The notes: generated by a model from the sequence alone, not told the origin. Numbered from the stretch's first letter, positions 28,238-39,342 are shown. The stretch: 64,000 bases of DNA from an uncultured Bacteroidales bacterium (GCA_963828775.1 CAWHGX010000001.1:47415-111414); one strand, 5' to 3'. Numbers and translations: made by a program.

Positions 28238-30178
28238 ATGGTTTCAGTTCAGGATATTTCAGTTTCATTTGGCAGTTTCGATCTATTAAATAACATTTCG
28301 TTTCTGATAAATGATCAGGACAGGATAGGCCTTACCGGGAAAAACGGGGCAGGGAAATCTACACTGCTCAAGGTAATCTCCGGAATTCAAAGCCCCACAA
28401 AAGGCCTGATTGATATGTCGAAAGAGATTACTATCGGTTATCTTCCACAACAGATGACCGTAAACGATTCAACTACCGTCCTGAATGAAGCACTTACAGC
28501 ATTTGCAGGACTGGCAAGTCTGTCGGAAGAAATTGAAAGATGCAGCCATGAGATAGCTAACAGGGATGATTTTAATTCGGCTGAATATTTGAAATTATGC
28601 AACCGTCTTACGGAAACAGAGGAAAGCTACAGGATTCTTGGAGGGTCCAGTTATCTGGCTGAAACTGAACAGACTCTTCTCGGACTTGGTTTTGAAAGGA
28701 AGGATTTTGACAGGCCTACAAGTGAATTAAGCGGAGGCTGGCGAATGCGGATTGAGCTGGCAAAATTGATCCTTAAAAAACCCTCACTGTTTCTTCTTGA
28801 TGAGCCTACCAACCACCTTGACATTGAATCGATCCAATGGCTTGAATCTTTTCTTTCAGGATACCCCGGAGCTGTAATGATGGTTTCGCATGACCGCGCA
28901 CTTCTTGATAATGTTACGAAAAGGACAATTGAAATTTCACTTGGCAGGATCTATGATTACAAGGTCCCATGGTCAAAATATGTTGTTTTAAGGGAAGAAC
29001 GCAGGACCCAGCAGATTGCTGCCTACAGAAACCAGCAGAAGATGATAGAGGATACCGAGAAATTCATCGAAAGATTCCGCTATAAAGCTACAAAAGCTGT
29101 ACAGGTTCAGTCGAAAATAAAACAACTTGACAAGATCGAAAGGATCGAGGTTGATGAGGAAGATACCGGTGTAATAAACCTTAGATTCCCTCCTGCTCCG
29201 CGTTCAGGGACTGTGGTTGTTGAGGCCGAAAACCTTTCAAAAAGCTATGGATCGCTGAATGTACTCAACAAAATCAACATCACTATCACCAGAGGAGAAA
29301 AGGTTGCATTTGTGGGCCGGAATGGTGAAGGAAAAACAACTCTCTCAAGGATCATTATCGGTGATCTGGATCATGAAGGCTCCCTGAAAACAGGACATAA
29401 TGTTAAAACAGGCTATTTTGCCCAGAATCAGGATGAACTGCTGGATGAGAATTTAACGGTACTCCAGACAATTGATTATGCTGCAAAAGGTGAAATCAGG
29501 ACAAAGATCCGTGATATGCTCGGTGCATTTCTTTTCAGGGGTGAGGATGTCGATAAAAAAGTAAAAGTTCTTTCAGGAGGAGAAAGGTCACGGCTTGCGC
29601 TTGTCAGATTGCTCCTTGAGCCATTTAACCTCCTTGTTCTTGATGAACCCACCAACCACCTGGATATGCGTTCGAAAGATATCCTGAAGCAGGCACTGAT
29701 TAAATATGATGGCACGTTAATTGTGGTTTCTCACGACAGGGATTTTCTCGACGGGCTTATTTCAAAAGTATTTGAGTTCAGGCATAACAGGATAAAAGAA
29801 AACATCGGAGGTATTTATGATTTCCTCCGGAAGAAAAAGATCGTAAGCCTCAGAGAGCTTGAGAAAAAGGAAAAAACGTCCGCAGAGATTAAAAAGGATG
29901 TAAATGGATCCAACAAGCAGAAATATCTTGAGAAGAAGGACTATGAAAGGAATCTGCGAAAACTCCGGCGAAGGCTTGAGGATTCCGAAAGGGAAATAGA
30001 GAGGATGGAAAGTGAATTGTCGGCTCTTGATAAGGAACTGATGAAGGCAGCCACATCCTCAGACAGTTCCGGCATTTTTTTGAAATATGAAGATCTGCGG
30101 AGAAGGCTGAACGAGGAAATGAACAACTGGACTGTTTACTCAAATGAGATAGATGAATTTTTAAAGAACAATGGCTGA
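28238..30178 (+). CDS. ABC-F family ATPase (two ABC cassettes, no membrane domain)
   Basis: Cassette 1: GKNGAGKST, LSGGWRMR, LLLDEPTNHLD. Cassette 2: GRNGEGKTT, LSGGERSR, LVLDEPTNHLD. C-terminal coiled coil. Start at MVSVQDISVSFG. Confidence 0.88.
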   Translation: MVSVQDISVSFGSFDLLNNISFLINDQDRIGLTGKNGAGKSTLLKVISGIQSPTKGLIDMSKEITIGYLPQQMTVNDSTTVLNEALTAFAGLASLSEEIERCSHEIANRDDFNSAEYLKLCNRLTETEESYRILGGSSYLAETEQTLLGLGFERKDFDRPTSELSGGWRMRIELAKLILKKPSLFLLDEPTNHLDIESIQWLESFLSGYPGAVMMVSHDRALLDNVTKRTIEISLGRIYDYKVPWSKYVVLREERRTQQIAAYRNQQKMIEDTEKFIERFRYKATKAVQVQSKIKQLDKIERIEVDEEDTGVINLRFPPAPRSGTVVVEAENLSKSYGSLNVLNKINITITRGEKVAFVGRNGEGKTTLSRIIIGDLDHEGSLKTGHNVKTGYFAQNQDELLDENLTVLQTIDYAAKGEIRTKIRDMLGAFLFRGEDVDKKVKVLSGGERSRLALVRLLLEPFNLLVLDEPTNHLDMRSKDILKQALIKYDGTLIVVSHDRDFLDGLISKVFEFRHNRIKENIGGIYDFLRKKKIVSLRELEKKEKTSAEIKKDVNGSNKQKYLEKKDYERNLRKLRRRLEDSEREIERMESELSALDKELMKAATSSDSSGIFLKYEDLRRRLNEEMNNWTVYSNEIDEFLKNNG

Positions 30179-30180
30179 AA

Positions 30181-30943
30181 ATGGACTTCCCCAATCTTGA
30201 AAAAGACTATGCGGTTCATGTTTATGAAACCGGGCCTGACGGTAAACTAAGCCTTCATTCCCTGTTTGACTATTTACAGGACATTGCTTCGGATCATGCG
30301 GTAAATCTTGGCTATGGCAGAGATGAATTGCTAAAACGCAATAATTTCTGGGTTCTGTCAAGGATCTATGCTGAGATAAGCATATGGCCGGGCTGGGGAG
30401 AAACCATTTGTGTCAAAACATGGCCGAGAGGTACCGACAGGCTTTTTGCACTAAGGGACTTTGAAATCCGGTATCCGGACGGCAAGACCTGTTGCAAAGG
30501 CAACTTCGTCATGGCTGATAATTGATCGTGATACAAAACGGATACAAAGGCCGGACAATAATTTAAGTAAATACAATTCAGTATTGAATGCCGGAAAAGC
30601 CCTCCCCCGGAATGCCGATAAGCTCGGACCAGCTGATTCAAATGGACAAAGCACTCAGCCGTTCAGCGTCAGAATAAGCGATCTCGATATCAACCTTCAT
30701 ACCAACAATGCCAGATATCTTAAATGGATCACTGACAGTTATGACCTGGATTTCATAATTAATAATGTTCCTTTATCTGCTGAAATAAATTATCTTGCCG
30801 AATCACGTTTTAATGATAGCATTGCTATCATAATTTCCAGTGAAAAGGACAACAGCAATGTATTTAATCATTCAATTATACGGACAGGTGACGATACTGA
30901 GCTTTGCAGGATAAGGATCAACTGGAGAAACAAACATACTTAA
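30181..30943 (+). pseudogene. acyl-ACP thioesterase family protein, one frameshift
   Basis: ORFs 30181-30525 (YAVHVYETGPDGKLSLHSLFDYLQDIASDHA, NFWVLSR) and 30461-30943 (SWLIIDRDTKRIQRP, DLDINLHTNNARYLKW) are colinear. Confidence 0.7.
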
Positions 30944-30963
30944 TGAATTAATAAAATCAGAAT

Positions 30964-32308
30964 ATGAACCGGAAATGTTCATTCAGGAATTTCAATATCA
31001 TTCTGTGCACCGGATTGATCGGCATGCTGCTGGTTGTATCGTGCAGGACAACGCAAAAAGCAGCTATTGATACAAAAGATCTTTCTTATTTGTATAATCC
31101 GACCAAAAGCTCAATAAAACCTGCGTTTCAGCGTTTTTAACGAAACTGATGCATCATCGGTGCTCTCAATTAAATTCTTTGCTTCAGATCTGTTTTTCTC
31201 AGAAGCAAATCCACGGGGAATTCCAATTGCCCAGATCCTGATTACCGTAAAACTCTACAATATTACCAGCGGGAGAATTCTGTCAGACACTGCCTATATG
31301 GATGCAGATATTGTAAAAGAGGAATTACGCCAGGAATACGTTTACAAACTACCCCTGAAAGTTGAGCATGGTTCAGTTTACATTGCCGAAGTCAAACTGC
31401 TCGACAAGATCAGGACGGAAGTGATACAGTCATTTGTACCTTTTAATACTCTTTCCTATGAAAACCGGTATAATTTCATTGCCCGGGGACATTTCAGCAA
31501 GAATGAACTTTTCAATCCTGTCGTCCGGGTTAATGAATACGTCAATCTTATTTATCCGGTAAAATCTATTGACAGTCTGTTTATCTCATATTATAAACCT
31601 TTAAAGGAAATACCTTATCCTCCGGCATTGCTTTTGCCTGAAAAGACCATTGATTATCCGGCTGATACTGTTATTGCCATGCAATATTCTGATACTATGT
31701 CGATTATGTTTCCGGAGGAGGGTGTTTACTTATGCTCTGTTGATAGAAATTCAGATGAAGGTTACACCTTTTTCAACTTTGGTGAGAACTTCCCCTATAT
31801 GACCAGTCCGGAGGTGATGATAGAACCTCTTGCATATCTTGCATCTGAAGAAGAGATGAATGAGTTGCGATCTTCTGCAAAGCCAAAGGTGTCGCTCGAT
31901 GAATTCTGGATCAAATGCGGCGGAAATATAGATAAATCAAGAGAGCTTATCCGTATTTATTATACAAGGATCCTGTACTCAAACTATTATTTCACATCGA
32001 TTAAGGAAGGATGGAGGACCGAAAGAGGGATGATCTATACTATTTACGGTCCGCCCGACAAGGTATATAAGAGTTCAGACGGAGAAAACTGGGGATACCG
32101 GAAACCGGTTCTGAAATCTTCGTGGGGAGGAGGATTTCATCTTAAAGAAGATTACCTGTATTTCAATTTCAGGGTAAGGCAGAGCAAGTATTCTGAAAAT
32201 GACTACTATCTCAGCAGGAGTGAAACACTTGTATCTTATTGGGACAAGGCGGTTGCCAGCTGGAGAAAAGGCATGGTCTACCGTCTTGATAATCCTGAAG
32301 ATTTATAA
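30964..32308 (+). pseudogene. GWxTD domain lipoprotein, one frameshift near 31125
   Basis: The N-terminal piece from ATG 30964 (MNRKCSFRNFNIILCTGLIGMLLVVSC) stops at 31137-31139 and continues in ORF 31160-32308, which carries GWRTERGMIYTIYGPPD. Removing one T from GCGTTTCAG restores the frame. Confidence 0.75.
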
Positions 32309-32317
32309 TCATTATGC

Positions 32318-33056
32318 ATGAAAGAATCTGATTGTATCTTTGGGCTCCGTGCAGTAATTGAGGCTGTAAAGGCAGGAAAACAAATCGATCGCCTTCTGGT
32401 AAGACAAGGTTTGCAGGGTGCTTTATATCGTGAATTGATGATTGAAGTCCGGAAACATAATATTGTTTATCAGATAGTCCCGCTTGAAAGAATTGAACTT
32501 GTTACCAGAAAAAATCACCAGGGGGTATTAGCATGGCTGTCGCTTATCGAATTTCAGTCCATAGAGAATCTTTTACCGATGATTTTCGAAAAAGGAGAAG
32601 ATCCGCTGATTATCGCTCTTGATGGTGTTTCAGATGTAAGGAATTTTGGAGCGATCGTCAGGAGTGCCGGCTGCCTGGGAGCACACGCTGTCATAATTTC
32701 TGAAAAGGGATCGGCCAGGATCACAGCTGATGCCATTAAGACATCTGCAGGAGCTTTGCATACATTTCCGGTATGCAGGGAAAAAAGCCTGGTCAGGTCA
32801 ATAGAATACCTTAAGGAATCGGGCCTTAAAGTTATTTCAGCCACAGAAAAATCAGGTACTGATATTTCAAAGCTGAAATTAATTGGTCCGGCTGTTCTTA
32901 TAATGGGAGCGGAAGACAAAGGAATAAGCCGTGAACTCATTATCCATGTCAGATCACCTGGTTAAAATCCCTGTTACCGGAAATATAAGTTCCCTGAATG
33001 TATCTGTTGCAGCCGGGATTATTTTATATGAGATCGCCAGACAGCGGTCACTGTGA
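32318..33056 (+). pseudogene. rlmB: 23S rRNA (guanosine-2'-O)-methyltransferase RlmB (SpoU/TrmH family), frameshift near 32940
   Basis: ALDGVSDVRNFGAIVRSA, LIMGAEDKGIS. The C-terminal knot motif KIPVTGNISSLNVSVAAGIILYE is in another frame and ends at TGA 33054-33056. Confidence 0.8.
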
Positions 33057-34284
33057 TCACCCGATAATATTCAATATTCTCTGATCGAGCGATGTCTGGT
33101 CAGCCGTAAATGAAGCCAGTCCGGCCAGTGTTAACAATGTATCAGGACCAATCTTTCCATCTTTGATCTTTTGCTGCCAATTCGAGAAAACTGGTATTTT
33201 GCCATCTTTTGCCATCATGGCTTTTTCTTCTTTTGTCAGCGATGGAAACATATCATAACAACCTTCCTCCTGTGCAATATGCACAAGTTCAGCACCTGAG
33301 GAAGGCAGTTTTGTGTTCAGCCTTTGGGAGAATCTGAGCACTCTATCATCAACCTCCCAGAATTTACCGATATGAGCATCCCTGGCTGACGAATAAAGGC
33401 TGACATCATAGTTCTCGTGAGTGCGGGATGTGAATTTGCCACTTAATGACTTCCGCCCTGCCGCAGCTACCTTGGGAGGCATTGTAAACACATCTGTCCC
33501 GGCAAGCAATTCAAGCTGGTTGTAATTTCGAAGGCTGGCAGCAATTAATTTTGTCTGCCATGGATTCTGAGCCGACAATGCCGTAACCCAGTTCTGTGAT
33601 GAGATTACTGCCCTTTCACCGGCACCTGATCCATCTCCAAGCTTATTATCCATCATAAAGGCACCTATCCTTCCAAGGAAAACATTGAGATAATCGGGAC
33701 GGGCTGTCCTGGTCACAACAACATTCTGTCTGGCACTGAATTCAAGAGTCATGTTTATCCTTACGCCTTCATCCCTCAGGTGCCTTGCCCCAATTAAACC
33801 TTCAGCCGTAAACGGGACCTTTACAATGAACTGGTCCGGACATATTTCATGGTACCTCTTGCCGTAGTACTCAATAGCTTTTATATCATGTGCTGTATCA
33901 GTATGAAGCTCCACACTGACATAACCTCTGAATTTTGATGCAAGTCTTAATCCGTGCCTGGCATTAAGTATGAAAGCAATCTCCTTGACTTTATCTTCGA
34001 GCGGAAGGCCATTCAGCAGATGCTTGGCTTCGAAGATTAAAATATCATAGAATCCCTTTTTGTATCTCACTATTAATCAATGTGTTATTAGTTGTGAGTG
34101 CACTCATCTCAGCTGACCAGTTTGCTTCGGCTTCCTCCATATCACCCGTATCCAGCCAGAGTTCAGTTCCGGTTTCCCGGAGTGATTCCCAGAAAGGATC
34201 TGTTTTGCCGTTTACATGTTTTTCTTTCAGGTTTGCCCAGACAAAATCGCTTATTCGTGTGTTCAGGTCAGCCATAGTATTCAA
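33057..34284 (-). pseudogene. transaldolase family protein, one frameshift
   Basis: ORFs 34045-34284 (GTELWLDTGD) and 33057-34070 (FIVKVPFTAEGL, RINMTLEFS) are colinear. Confidence 0.65.
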
Positions 34285-34408
34285 TATTTGATATAAAACA
34301 TTTAAGTCCTCAGTTTGTTCCTGATATAATTATAATCCCGTGCAAAAATATATAAATTCTTCATCCTTATCGATGAATATTCTTAGCTTTATGGAAGTTT
34401 ATGTAACC

Positions 34409-35662
34409 ATGACAATTATGAGGACTTTGATGTTTTTTGCATTGAGTTTGTGTACATTGGCATCATCAGGACAGACCAGCTTTGAAAAGTATTTCACCGA
34501 CAAAGTACTGCGGTTCGATTTTATGCTTGCAGGAAACAGTAACAAAACTGTCGTTTATCCTGTCGGGATGAAGGAAGAACCATGGTTTGCCGGATCGCAT
34601 GAGAATCTCATCGATCCTTTTAATTACGGGAATTTTAAATATGAAGTTTTTGATGCCGCGGAAAACTTGCTGATTTACTCACGCGGTTTTTGTACACTTT
34701 TTCAGGAATGGCAGACCACCGCTGAGGCAAAAACCATGGAACGGAGTTTCTATGAAGTGGCAACCATACCTTTCCCGAAAAACAAAGTCCGTTTTGTCCT
34801 GAACATCAGGGAGCGCAATGGCAACTTCATTAAATTGTACGAAACAATGATTGATCCTTCCGATTACTACATCATAAAAGAAAAAACTGTAAATACTGCA
34901 GTTACAAAAATTTACGGTCCGGGCAATCCCCGCGAATGTGTCGATCTCGCGTTTGTTGCCGAAGGTTATACGGCTGATGAAATGAATAAATTCAGGGAAG
35001 ATGTGAAAAAAATGGCAGATATTCTGTTTGCAGAATCACCGTTCAGCGATTACAGGGATAAAATAAATATCTGGGCTGTTGAAGCGGTATCTTCAGATTC
35101 CGGAACAGATATTCCGGGAGAAAAAATCTATAATAACACGGTATTGAATTCAACTTTTTTCACTTTCGGAACTGACAGGTACCTGACAACCCAGGACATA
35201 AAATCTGTGAATGATTATGCAGCTGCTGCTCCGCATGATAATATCATTGTACTGATAAACAGCAATAAATATGGTGGAGGCGGGGTATATAATTATTACA
35301 GCGGTACCACTGCAGGCCACCCGCTTTCACCTGTGGTTTTCATTCATGAATTCGGGCATGGATTTGCAGGTCTTGCAGATGAATATTATTCCTCTGAAGT
35401 AGCATATGAAGAGTTTTACCCTTTGAATGTCGAACCATGGGAGCCAAACATCACAACAATGGTAGACTTTGAGTCAAAATGGAAAAAGATGATTTCCAGG
35501 GAGACTAAAGTGCCTACACCTGCAGAAGAAAAATACAGTAATGTAACAGGATTGTTTGAGGGCGGAGGCTATTCAGCAAAAGGAATTTTCAGGCCTGAAT
35601 TGGATTGCAGGATGAAAAGCAACAGCCCGAAAGGTTATTGTTCGGTGTGCCGGAGGCAATAA
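34409..35662 (+). CDS. M64 family metallopeptidase (IgA peptidase M64-like)
   Basis: Signal peptide, an N-terminal beta domain, and the zinc motif VFIHEFGHGFAGLADEY. A likely extra C-terminal segment AIKKMIEFYIK lies in another frame up to 35691. ORF maximum starts at 34340. Confidence 0.75.
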   Translation: MTIMRTLMFFALSLCTLASSGQTSFEKYFTDKVLRFDFMLAGNSNKTVVYPVGMKEEPWFAGSHENLIDPFNYGNFKYEVFDAAENLLIYSRGFCTLFQEWQTTAEAKTMERSFYEVATIPFPKNKVRFVLNIRERNGNFIKLYETMIDPSDYYIIKEKTVNTAVTKIYGPGNPRECVDLAFVAEGYTADEMNKFREDVKKMADILFAESPFSDYRDKINIWAVEAVSSDSGTDIPGEKIYNNTVLNSTFFTFGTDRYLTTQDIKSVNDYAAAAPHDNIIVLINSNKYGGGGVYNYYSGTTAGHPLSPVVFIHEFGHGFAGLADEYYSSEVAYEEFYPLNVEPWEPNITTMVDFESKWKKMISRETKVPTPAEEKYSNVTGLFEGGGYSAKGIFRPELDCRMKSNSPKGYCSVCRRQ

Positions 35663-35696
35663 AAAAAATGATTGAATTCTATATAAAATGATCGTA

Positions 35697-35718
35697 GGGG
35701 CGTTGCATGCAACGCCCC
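35697..35718. terminator. perfect 22-nt palindrome GGGGCGTTGCATGCAACGCCCC between convergent genes
   Basis: Read directly. Lies between the stops of the M64 gene (+) and 35731-36075 (-). Confidence 0.6.
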
Positions 35719-35730
35719 GTACTATCCCAT

Positions 35731-36075
35731 CTATTTGATCTTCCTGTCAATCAGGTAGAACAAAACAAGGGCAAGACCACCGAAAATGAAGATCATTGAG
35801 AAGTATCCGGCTTCCTCCGAAGGGAAAGCAGCTGCAGATTCCAATATCGCGCCGGCAATAATACCAAGTCCAATGCCGGTTAAGAGCATACCGATTTTAA
35901 GTGAGAATTTACCCCAGCCAAAAGCGCCTTTCCCTTCCTTCCCGGTATTAAAAAGACTGGCATCTGCACCTTTTTCAATAAGCGCCAGGCGTTCCTTGTT
36001 GCGGGTTGTGTAATGAACATACATTATTCCAAAAACAGTGGCAAATAATGCAATAAAAGCAATTAATGTTTCCAT
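35731..36075 (-). CDS. small integral membrane protein
   Basis: 114 aa with three or four hydrophobic helices (LIAFIALFATVFGIMYV, IGMLLTGIGLGIIAGAIL, MIFIFGGLALVLFYLI). Family not recognised. Confidence 0.55.
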   Translation of the reverse strand: METLIAFIALFATVFGIMYVHYTTRNKERLALIEKGADASLFNTGKEGKGAFGWGKFSLKIGMLLTGIGLGIIAGAILESAAAFPSEEAGYFSMIFIFGGLALVLFYLIDRKIK

Positions 36076-36182
36076 GACTTTTTAGTTTGGTTTTAAATGA
36101 ATTTTATTCTTTAGACACAGGAAGATATCATCAGGTTACATAATCAGAACGTTTTTTTGTGATTTCATCTGGTTATTTCTTA

Positions 36183-36268
36183 GGTACTGGGTACTGGGTG
36201 CTGGGTGCTGGGTACTTGGAGACAAGGTATTTGAACCACCCGGCAACAAGCAACAAGCAACAAGTACC
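36183..36268. repeat. paired heptamer tandem arrays: (GGTRCTG)x4-5 - spacer - (GCAACAA)x3
   Basis: Left array 36183-36219, right array 36243-36263 plus GTACC. GGTACTT (36211-36217) is complementary to AAGTACC (36262-36268). Lies in a divergent promoter region. Confidence 0.85.
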
Positions 36269-36318
36269 ATTGAATCTCTTTTCAACAAATTATTTTCCTT
36301 ATTACGGTAACCAATTCA

Positions 36319-36326
36319 TAACTTTG
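36319..36326 (+). promoter_or_regulatory. TAnnTTTG -7-type promoter box (TAACTTTG)
   Basis: Lies 18 nt upstream of the ATG at 36344. Confidence 0.35.
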
Positions 36327-36343
36327 AGCGTCAAACAGCCGGA

Positions 36344-36919
36344 ATGGATCCTAAAGGAGACATATACTACATCAGTCAGGTGCTTGAAGGCAAGGTTAAT
36401 ACCTTTTCATATCTTGTTGACCGACATAAAGATAAAGCCTTTAACCTTGCCTTCAGGATATGCGGGAATCGTGAAGAGGCCGAAGAAATTGCACAGGATG
36501 CTTTTTTAAAAGCTTACAGATCGCTGAAATATTTCAAAATGAAAAGCAGTTTTGCCACATGGTTGTACCGTATAGTATATAACACTGCTATCTCGCTGGT
36601 AAGAAGCCGGAAAAAAGGATTGCTGTCCATCGAAGAATTTCCCGCTGACGCCGTTGATTTTCTTGGTTTTAATAAAACCGAAGACGAAGCGGCAGATGAT
36701 TACAGGAACTCTCTCGTTAATTTTGCTCTCCAGAAGATCTCTGAAGAAGAAAGAGGACTTATAACACTTTATTACTACAATGATCTTAATACTGAAGAGA
36801 TATCAAAAATAACAGGGATCAATAAGTCGAACATAAAAGTGAGACTTTTCAGAGCCAGACAGAAAATGGCTGAGATTATAAGAAAAGTTGAAACGAAAAA
36901 TATATTTTGCCATGAATAA
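36344..36919 (+). CDS. ECF-type RNA polymerase sigma-70 factor
   Basis: Region 2 (EEAEEIAQDAFLKAY, FATWLYRIVYNTAI) and region 4 (LNTEEISKITGINKSNIKVRLFRARQKM). Confidence 0.85.
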   Translation: MDPKGDIYYISQVLEGKVNTFSYLVDRHKDKAFNLAFRICGNREEAEEIAQDAFLKAYRSLKYFKMKSSFATWLYRIVYNTAISLVRSRKKGLLSIEEFPADAVDFLGFNKTEDEAADDYRNSLVNFALQKISEEERGLITLYYYNDLNTEEISKITGINKSNIKVRLFRARQKMAEIIRKVETKNIFCHE

Positions 36920-37334
36920 TCAGGATCAAAATGATGAAGATCTGCTGAAAAGATTTATTAATCCTGAAAGGATTGAGAAAGCACCTGAAGGATTTACTTC
37001 AAGAACCCTTGCCAGGATTCGGATCGACGCGCAATCAGCGAGAGTTAATAAAGGGATTTTCTTAAAATACAGGATACCTTTAATTTCTGCTATTATTACT
37101 GCAGGGCTTATAATAGCTGCGATTATAATCCCTGCTAACGAAACTGATTCTGTTGGTGCAACACTGTGGAAATTTTTTCAGAGTCTCGAGTTCAGCCTGC
37201 CCCGGATCAATAATACTCTTTTACAGGATTTGAACCTGCCGGGTTGGATTGCATATGCGATCGTTGGAATATTATTGCTGGGTCTGGTCGACAGAACTCT
37301 CTTCGGAATTTTTAAAAAAGAGAATAATCCCTGA
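36912..37334 (+). CDS. putative anti-sigma factor / membrane protein
   Basis: Overlaps the sigma gene stop by 8 nt. Two TM segments (IPLISAIITAGLIIAAIII, WIAYAIVGILLLGLV). No conserved motif recognised. Confidence 0.5.
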   Translation: MNNQDQNDEDLLKRFINPERIEKAPEGFTSRTLARIRIDAQSARVNKGIFLKYRIPLISAIITAGLIIAAIIIPANETDSVGATLWKFFQSLEFSLPRINNTLLQDLNLPGWIAYAIVGILLLGLVDRTLFGIFKKENNP

Positions 37335-37360
37335 ATCTTCTCACTTCCGGCCACAGAGTT

Positions 37361-37636
37361 TCATGAACTTTCTACTTTCGAATTCAGGCCTTTTGCATTA
37401 AGCGACCTGCTCATAACCTGCAGTACCTCTATTATGCCTGATTTTATTTCGCAACGTCCTTTAAGATGAACTATCAGTGCACATTGCTCAGCCTGAACAG
37501 AATCATGTCCGCATACTTCAACCAGCGACTTAATAACATGATCGAATGTATTTATTTCATCATTGTACAGGATCAGTGAATACTTTTCCCCTCTGCTGTC
37601 CTGCTTATTATCCCTATGTAATGTTTTCTCCTTCAT
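37361..37636 (-). CDS. clpS: ATP-dependent Clp protease adaptor ClpS
   Basis: YSLILYNDEINTFDHVIKSLVEVCGHDSVQAEQCALIVHLKGRCEIKSG matches the ClpS core. Confidence 0.85.
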   Translation of the reverse strand: MKEKTLHRDNKQDSRGEKYSLILYNDEINTFDHVIKSLVEVCGHDSVQAEQCALIVHLKGRCEIKSGIIEVLQVMSRSLNAKGLNSKVESS

Positions 37637-39210
37637 TACTGTTTATCAAATAATTGCTTCGCTGTTTCAACCGGGATCTCTTTGTTTCCCGCATATGCAA
37701 CGACCTTAGCATCACGGTAACCATTTCTGTTCAAAAGGCCGGCATAGTCTGAAGCACTTTCAAAGGTAATGAATTTCCCTATAAGATAAACAATTGTACC
37801 ATCTCCTGTTGATATCTTATCATATCCCCGGTTTCCTGCCAATTTCCTGTATGTCTCTTCAACTTCATAACCGACTGGTTTGACCGATCTCGAAATCTCA
37901 ACCCTGAAAATCAGTGTTGAAGCAGCAGCTTCTCCTGTTTTCTGTATGGAAACAATTTTAGTTAACGGCTTCTGGCCCCAATCATTTTCCAGAAGTAAAG
38001 CTCTGTCAATTGAAACGGTTTTACCATCAAGGACAGCTGTAATAAACGCATCCCTGAATCCCAGCTGTTTCACAGTGGCAAGCGACCTGCCTGCATCTTC
38101 CATTCTTCTGAACATCCCTGCAAAGTATCTCGTGGCCTCAGTTCCGGTTATCCTGAATCCCGCCACCGGAGATATACCTTTAAAAAAAGAGGTTTCGAGT
38201 GGCTTGCTGAATACTCCTACCTGAATTCGATAGATTAATCCGGAAGGCAATTCCGGATCCATTGAAATTTCCTGATCCCTGACCATTACCGGATTTGGTT
38301 CCACACTGAATAATGAATAAACCTCCCCGCTCTTTGTTGGATCCGGTACCGAAGCCGGGACAATAACGTCTGCCCGGGCAGCAGGCCTGGAGGCAGTATT
38401 ACCAAATTTTTCGTCAGCGAGCTTTTGATATTCAAGAGCAAGAGATTCCATTTCGGAAATCCTCGATCTTGCTGCCTGCTGTTGTGAAGCAGGTAGCCTT
38501 CCAAGTTCTTTTTTATATTCTGAGACCAGTGCATTTAATGAATCAGCCTTTACCTGGTAATCCATTGCCTGCGACAGAACTTTATCATATTCCTGCGGTA
38601 GATCCACCTTCCTGGGAACCGGTTTTACAGGTGACTGCATGACGGCTTCTGCGACGTCAACTTTTTGCATGGCATCACGGGTGTCAGTGTTTTTCTCACT
38701 TATGAAATCAATCTCCCGGAACTCTGAATCTTTAATCCGTCCCCGTCCTTCATTGCATTCCTGGATATACCGTGATATATCTGATTCCCTGGCTTTTTTC
38801 TTCCCCACTTTCACCTCATAATTATTATACGATTTAATTGCATCGGGGTATTTTCCTGCCATTTGCTGGGATCTGCCCAGGTAGAACCAGGCGTCATCGG
38901 GGATATTTTTAATATCCAGAGATCCATTTAAAGCATCCCGGAGATAAGCTGAAGCATTTTCAGGATAACTGTCCATTTTTACAAGGCATACACCCAAATA
39001 ATATTTGTACAGAGGATCTTTGGAGTAGCTTTCAAGAAGATGGTTGAATTCCCTGAAAGCTTTTTCATATTCGCCTTTTGAATATGCATCAATCGCTGCC
39101 TGACGTGAAGGTTTTTGCTGGGCATTCGATGAATATATATTCAGGCAGAAAAGATTTACTATAAGTACAATGTATAACCAGATATAAATATTCCTGCTTT
39201 TTAATTTCAT
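37636..39210 (-). CDS. TPR / tandem SPOR-like domain envelope protein
   Basis: Signal/TM segment, TPR-like N-terminus resembling that of 4304-6508 and 6602-9121, and two SPOR-like modules (YRIQVGVFSK...AFITAV; FRVEISRS...AKVVAY). Its stop overlaps the clpS start by 1 nt (TAATG). Confidence 0.7.
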   Translation of the reverse strand: MKLKSRNIYIWLYIVLIVNLFCLNIYSSNAQQKPSRQAAIDAYSKGEYEKAFREFNHLLESYSKDPLYKYYLGVCLVKMDSYPENASAYLRDALNGSLDIKNIPDDAWFYLGRSQQMAGKYPDAIKSYNNYEVKVGKKKARESDISRYIQECNEGRGRIKDSEFREIDFISEKNTDTRDAMQKVDVAEAVMQSPVKPVPRKVDLPQEYDKVLSQAMDYQVKADSLNALVSEYKKELGRLPASQQQAARSRISEMESLALEYQKLADEKFGNTASRPAARADVIVPASVPDPTKSGEVYSLFSVEPNPVMVRDQEISMDPELPSGLIYRIQVGVFSKPLETSFFKGISPVAGFRITGTEATRYFAGMFRRMEDAGRSLATVKQLGFRDAFITAVLDGKTVSIDRALLLENDWGQKPLTKIVSIQKTGEAAASTLIFRVEISRSVKPVGYEVEETYRKLAGNRGYDKISTGDGTIVYLIGKFITFESASDYAGLLNRNGYRDAKVVAYAGNKEIPVETAKQLFDKQ

Positions 39211-39280
39211 TCCAGTGTGGTTTCTATAATTACCTTACTATCAATTTATTATTATTTATAACTTCTCCGGGTTGAGGGTT

Positions 39281-39342
39281 GATTTGTGTTAATAATAATT
39301 ATTCCCAATTAATCAGAAAACGGTTCAAACTTCGTAAATTTA
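39281..39342 (+). repeat. 62-bp direct repeat, copy A
   Basis: GATTTGTGTTAATAATAATTATTCCCAATTAATCAGAAAACGGTTCAAACTTCGTAAATTTA. 60/62 identical to 41131-41192. Confidence 0.9.

Noticed and set aside
36159-36509. 116-aa ORF beginning in the heptamer arrays (GYFLGTGYWVLGAGYL...)
   Set aside because: Its N-terminal half is just translated tandem repeats, and its 3' half overlaps the ECF sigma gene in another frame.
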